Positions 60,409 to 64,000 of a stretch of DNA of 64,000 nt are shown in pieces. Position 1 is the first letter of the stretch. Each line of letters begins with the position of its first letter. Made by a program: the position numbers and the translations under genes. The stretch comes from Gammaproteobacteria bacterium. GTDB lineage: Bacteria > Pseudomonadota > Gammaproteobacteria > PIVX01. The stretch lies in the NCBI GenBank assembly GCA_003353785.1, contig PIVX01000005.1, positions 30,854 through 94,853 on the forward strand. Direction: 5' to 3'. The notes beneath the pieces are model-generated. The model saw only the letters and a list, made by a program, of their open reading frames with translations. It was not told where the DNA came from and ran no database searches.

Positions 60409-60992
60409 GTAACCTGAAACTAGAGAGAAGATTTTTGGGACATACGAATATTATTAGTGAATTTGATAAAGCTATTGACAGTAATATTTGGGATAAAAAT
60501 TCTTTACTTAAAAAACATAAGAAAAAATTACAATTACTTAAGGATAAATTTGTCAGTGAAATTGATATAGATAACTATATGAAAAAAGAAAAAAATTTAA
60601 GCAATAAAAAACCAAAAAATAGAACTGGCCAATTAAAAATATTTATTTCTTTGTATAATCCTGAGGATGATAATCTAGAGAAATGGTTTCTTGTTATTCA
60701 AGGAGTTATTAATAGTGTTATAACTAGGCCAGTGTATAGGGTGGAGGATGACATAAAATCTGTAATAAACTCTGGAGATGAGAGTGCTCACGAAGGATAT
60801 ATTGTTGTGTATGTTAATAATAGTGATCTAATAAATGCCCAAGATACAAATGTTCCTCATGATGATTTAGGTAACGAACTATCCGTATTACGTGATAATT
60901 GTATTAAGAAAGATAATATTATTGCCTTTGTACATAATGCACAAAGCTATGCGCTTAAAGAAAAGAAACTTATTCCTGCTAAGATGCTTTAA
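60405..60992 (+). CDS. icmQ: Dot/Icm protein IcmQ
   Basis: D.AI....WD.N.LL, IFISLY, ....RPVY..E.D, EGYIVVYV, D.LGN.L..L.D. Located before icmP. Confidence 0.85.
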   Translation: MSNLKLERRFLGHTNIISEFDKAIDSNIWDKNSLLKKHKKKLQLLKDKFVSEIDIDNYMKKEKNLSNKKPKNRTGQLKIFISLYNPEDDNLEKWFLVIQGVINSVITRPVYRVEDDIKSVINSGDESAHEGYIVVYVNNSDLINAQDTNVPHDDLGNELSVLRDNCIKKDNIIAFVHNAQSYALKEKKLIPAKML

Positions 60993-61093
60993 AAACACAC
61001 ATATAATGTTGGTTGTTATATTAGCTGGTAAAGATCGCTGAAATTTAGTCTATACTTTAATCAATAATATTTTGCATTATTTTTATATAGGGT

Positions 61094-62197
61094 ATGGTTG
61101 CTCAACAACAACAACAGTCTGACTCATCATATGATTTAGCTTATATAGCTGTATTTTTATTTGCTGTTGGATATGGTACTTGGTATTTTTTCCATGAACA
61201 AATTGTATTTTATGTATTTAAACTAAAATTATTTGAAGCCCATTTAGTTGATCTTGTTACCGATGACTTAGATTATGACATGGTGTTGTTGGAATCTTTA
61301 GAACCTTCTTCTGTTACTATAGAAGGGCTATTGCAGTTATCAAGAGAAGTTGGTTCCTATTTTAGGTACCCAGTGATAGTTGTTTTAATATTATTAGCTA
61401 AAATCTTATATTCGAAAAGTGCTGCAAGCAAATTCAAAAATAAATATTCGATGATGAGCTTAGCAGCTGAAGAGACAGTTAACTGGCCTCAAATAACTCC
61501 TGTTGTTAAATTAGATCTTGTAAATCAACCAATTATGGAAGGGCCGTGGTCTATGTCTCTTACTCCAATGGAGTTTGCTAAAGAGCGTAAGATAATAAAC
61601 GTTACTATGCCAGAAAAAACTATAGGTAGAAAGATAAAGCATCCAGAAGTAGAACTTATTCGTAATAAAGCAAGAGAAATTTTTGTTAAGCAATTAGGGG
61701 AATTATGGACTGATGTAGGCGATATTCCACCTTATGCTAGAGCTTTATTTGGTATTTTTGCTGCTAGGACAAATAGAAGTAGGGAAGATGCTGCCCAGAT
61801 GATGAAGCAGCTAGCAATATCATCTGGTACAAGGAAAATGAATTATTCAGGAGTTGATAAGTTAATAAATAAATATATTGATTCAAAATTGGTTCAGAGA
61901 GTTCTATCTAAACATGCATATTACCTTACTGTAATGGCATCTATGTTAGTTGCAGCAAGAGAAGATGGTGTTGTTGCATCTGCAGATTATTTATGGTTAA
62001 AGCCAATTGATCGCAGGCTTTGGTATCTTATAAATTCTATTGGCAGACAAACACCTTTTGTTGAGGTTGCAGGGCCTTTTGCACATTGGATTGCTGAAAG
62101 AACTTACAATAATAAAATAAGAACACCAATGGTAGATACTGCTGTTGATGCTTTAGATTTTGCTTTATCAGAAATAGCCTATACAGAGGATGATTAA
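61094..62197 (+). CDS. icmP: Dot/Icm coupling-complex protein IcmP (DotM)
   Basis: NWPQITPVVKLDLV, GPWSMSLTPMEFA, QLG..W, AREDGVVASADYLWLKPIDRRLWY, GRQTPF.EVAGPFAHW. Confidence 0.96.
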   Translation: MVAQQQQQSDSSYDLAYIAVFLFAVGYGTWYFFHEQIVFYVFKLKLFEAHLVDLVTDDLDYDMVLLESLEPSSVTIEGLLQLSREVGSYFRYPVIVVLILLAKILYSKSAASKFKNKYSMMSLAAEETVNWPQITPVVKLDLVNQPIMEGPWSMSLTPMEFAKERKIINVTMPEKTIGRKIKHPEVELIRNKAREIFVKQLGELWTDVGDIPPYARALFGIFAARTNRSREDAAQMMKQLAISSGTRKMNYSGVDKLINKYIDSKLVQRVLSKHAYYLTVMASMLVAAREDGVVASADYLWLKPIDRRLWYLINSIGRQTPFVEVAGPFAHWIAERTYNNKIRTPMVDTAVDALDFALSEIAYTEDD

Positions 62198-62199
62198 AG

Positions 62200-64000
62200 A
62201 TGCGTGGTATTGATAAAAGCCAGGAGGTAGATGCTGAACATTTATTGCGAGATACCCGTACTTTAGGTCAGCGCATTGCTGATTTCTATAAAAATCCTAT
62301 CAATGTAGTTTATATGCAGATTCCTTTAATAGGGATATGTTTTATTTATCCAACAACAGTAGATATCGTTTTGATTCTAGGGGTAGTAATGTTCATTTAT
62401 GCTAGCCACAAGAAAGAAGGCTTGCCTGTTAGATTGCCTCTTAGAGCTAAAATGCCTGATCCAAATGATCTAAACCCTGGAACACATAAGCCTATGTTCG
62501 GCTCTGGAATTGCTTTTTTTGCTAATGATCGTAAAACTCAAGAAGAAGTTTGGTTTAAAAATGATGACATGAGAACACATGTGTTGATATTTGGGTCAAC
62601 AGGTAGTGGTAAAACAGAAGCATTAGCTTCAATTGGTTTTAATGCATTAATTCATGCTAGTGGATTTATTTATGTTGATGGCAAAGGAGATAATTCACTT
62701 TTCGCTAAATTATTTTCTATGGCACGAGCTATGGGAAGAGAAGACGATGTTTTATTGATAAATTTCATGACTGGAGCTAGGGATATAATTGGTGCACAGG
62801 AAAGAAGGCTATCTAATACAATGAATCCATTTTGTACTGGTTCTTCAAGTATGTTGTCACAGCTTGTAGTAAGCCTGATGTCAGGAGGAAGTGGTGGTGG
62901 CGATGGTGATATGTGGAAGGGTAGAGCTATCTCTTTTGTTGAAGCATTAATGAAAATCTTAGTATACATGAGAGATCAAGGGGCTATCTTGTTAGATGCC
63001 AATACGATCCGTAATTATTTTTCTCTAGAAAAATTAGAAGTTATTGTTATTGATAAAATGTTTGTAAGAGATGAACAAGAACCTGTTCCTATAGATGATG
63101 TCCCAAGTATTATTCTTGAGCCTTTAAAGAATTATGTTTTGAATTTACCAGGATATAATAAAGATAAAAAGGGTAAGCAGGTATCACAGGTTTTAGAACA
63201 GCATGGTTTTATAACTATGCAGTTAACTAGAACTTTTTCGTCTCTTGCTGATACTTACGGACATATCATCAGAACTAATCTCGCTGAAGTGGATTTTAAA
63301 GATGTTGTTTTGAATAGAAGAATTCTAGTTGTTTTATTACCAGCTTTAGAGAAGTCTCCAGATGAGTTATCTAATTTAGGTAAAATTATTATCGCATCGT
63401 TGAAGGCAATGATGGCTGCTGGATTAGGAGATGAGGTTGAAGGTAGTTATCAGGATGTCATTGAGCGTAAACCTACTAATTCTCCTTCTCCTTTTTTGTG
63501 TATTTTAGATGAATATGGGTATTATGCAGTAGAGGGTTTTGCTGTTGTTCCAGCTCAGGCCAGATCTCTTGGATTTTCTGCGATATTTGCTGGGCAAGAT
63601 CTTCCAGCTTTCCAAAAAGCTTCTAAGGAAGAAGCAGCCTCAATCGGTGCTAATACTAATATTAAAATATGTATGAAACTAGAAGATCCAATGGAAACAT
63701 GGGATTTCTTTAATAAGACTGCTGGAGAAAGTTATGTAACGAAAGTAGATTCCTTTCAGACAAAGGATGGAGGGATCTCAAATACTTATATGGATGCAAA
63801 AAGTGCTTCTTTTGAGAAAAGAGCTAGAATAGATTTGCTAGATTTAAAAGAGCAGACTGAAGGTCAGGCACATATATTTTTTAAATCTAAGATCATTCGC
63901 GTAAGTATGTTTTATGCAAATCCTAAGCCTGTTAAGCAATTAAGGGTAAATCAGTTTTTGCGTATTGAGCCTCCAGAAGATAGTCTACTTTTAGCTATGT
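62200..64000 (+). CDS. icmO: Type IVB coupling ATPase IcmO (DotL), truncated by window end
   Basis: ATG at 62200 gives MRGIDKSQE..LLRDTRTLGQR, then FGSTGSGKT, YVDGKGD, MWKGRAI, LDEYGYY and AQARSLGF. Not in the ORF track because there is no stop in the window. Confidence 0.96.
   Translation, partial: MRGIDKSQEVDAEHLLRDTRTLGQRIADFYKNPINVVYMQIPLIGICFIYPTTVDIVLILGVVMFIYASHKKEGLPVRLPLRAKMPDPNDLNPGTHKPMFGSGIAFFANDRKTQEEVWFKNDDMRTHVLIFGSTGSGKTEALASIGFNALIHASGFIYVDGKGDNSLFAKLFSMARAMGREDDVLLINFMTGARDIIGAQERRLSNTMNPFCTGSSSMLSQLVVSLMSGGSGGGDGDMWKGRAISFVEALMKILVYMRDQGAILLDANTIRNYFSLEKLEVIVIDKMFVRDEQEPVPIDDVPSIILEPLKNYVLNLPGYNKDKKGKQVSQVLEQHGFITMQLTRTFSSLADTYGHIIRTNLAEVDFKDVVLNRRILVVLLPALEKSPDELSNLGKIIIASLKAMMAAGLGDEVEGSYQDVIERKPTNSPSPFLCILDEYGYYAVEGFAVVPAQARSLGFSAIFAGQDLPAFQKASKEEAASIGANTNIKICMKLEDPMETWDFFNKTAGESYVTKVDSFQTKDGGISNTYMDAKSASFEKRARIDLLDLKEQTEGQAHIFFKSKIIRVSMFYANPKPVKQLRVNQFLRIEPPEDSLLLAM

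Noticed and set aside
1-64000. tRNA, rRNA and CRISPR arrays
   Set aside because: None recognised by eye. A covariance-model scan would be needed to exclude divergent RNAs.

Overview
AT-rich (~30% GC by eye) gammaproteobacterial chromosome segment from a Legionellales-type organism (Legionella/Coxiella relative). The right third holds a Dot/Icm type IVB secretion locus (icmX, icmW, dotBCD, icmT, icmS, a candidate IcmR analogue, icmQ, icmP, partial icmO). The rest is mostly housekeeping genes (dapB, folK, pcnB, ubiA, mrcA, aroKB, prfA, prmC, dksA, sfsA, erpA, waaFC, hldE, ampG, rsmD, ftsY), a surface-glycan cluster and many decayed IS200/IS605, IS982 and IS30 remnants. The best leads are: (1) an arginine succinyltransferase operon with an arginase-family ureohydrolase where astB normally sits; (2) a 1744-aa candidate effector with OTU-deubiquitinase Cys/His motifs, inserted between prfA and prmC; (3) DksA fused to a ~220-aa histone-H1/Hc2-like repeat; (4) a mini-IS605 that keeps its tnpB 3' end and both ends, nested in an IS982 so its predicted guide is IS982 sequence; (5) an unassigned structured RNA upstream of erpA; (6) a secreted HD-like enzyme paired with a Na+/solute symporter. 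Family calls come from motif recognition only; no searches were run.
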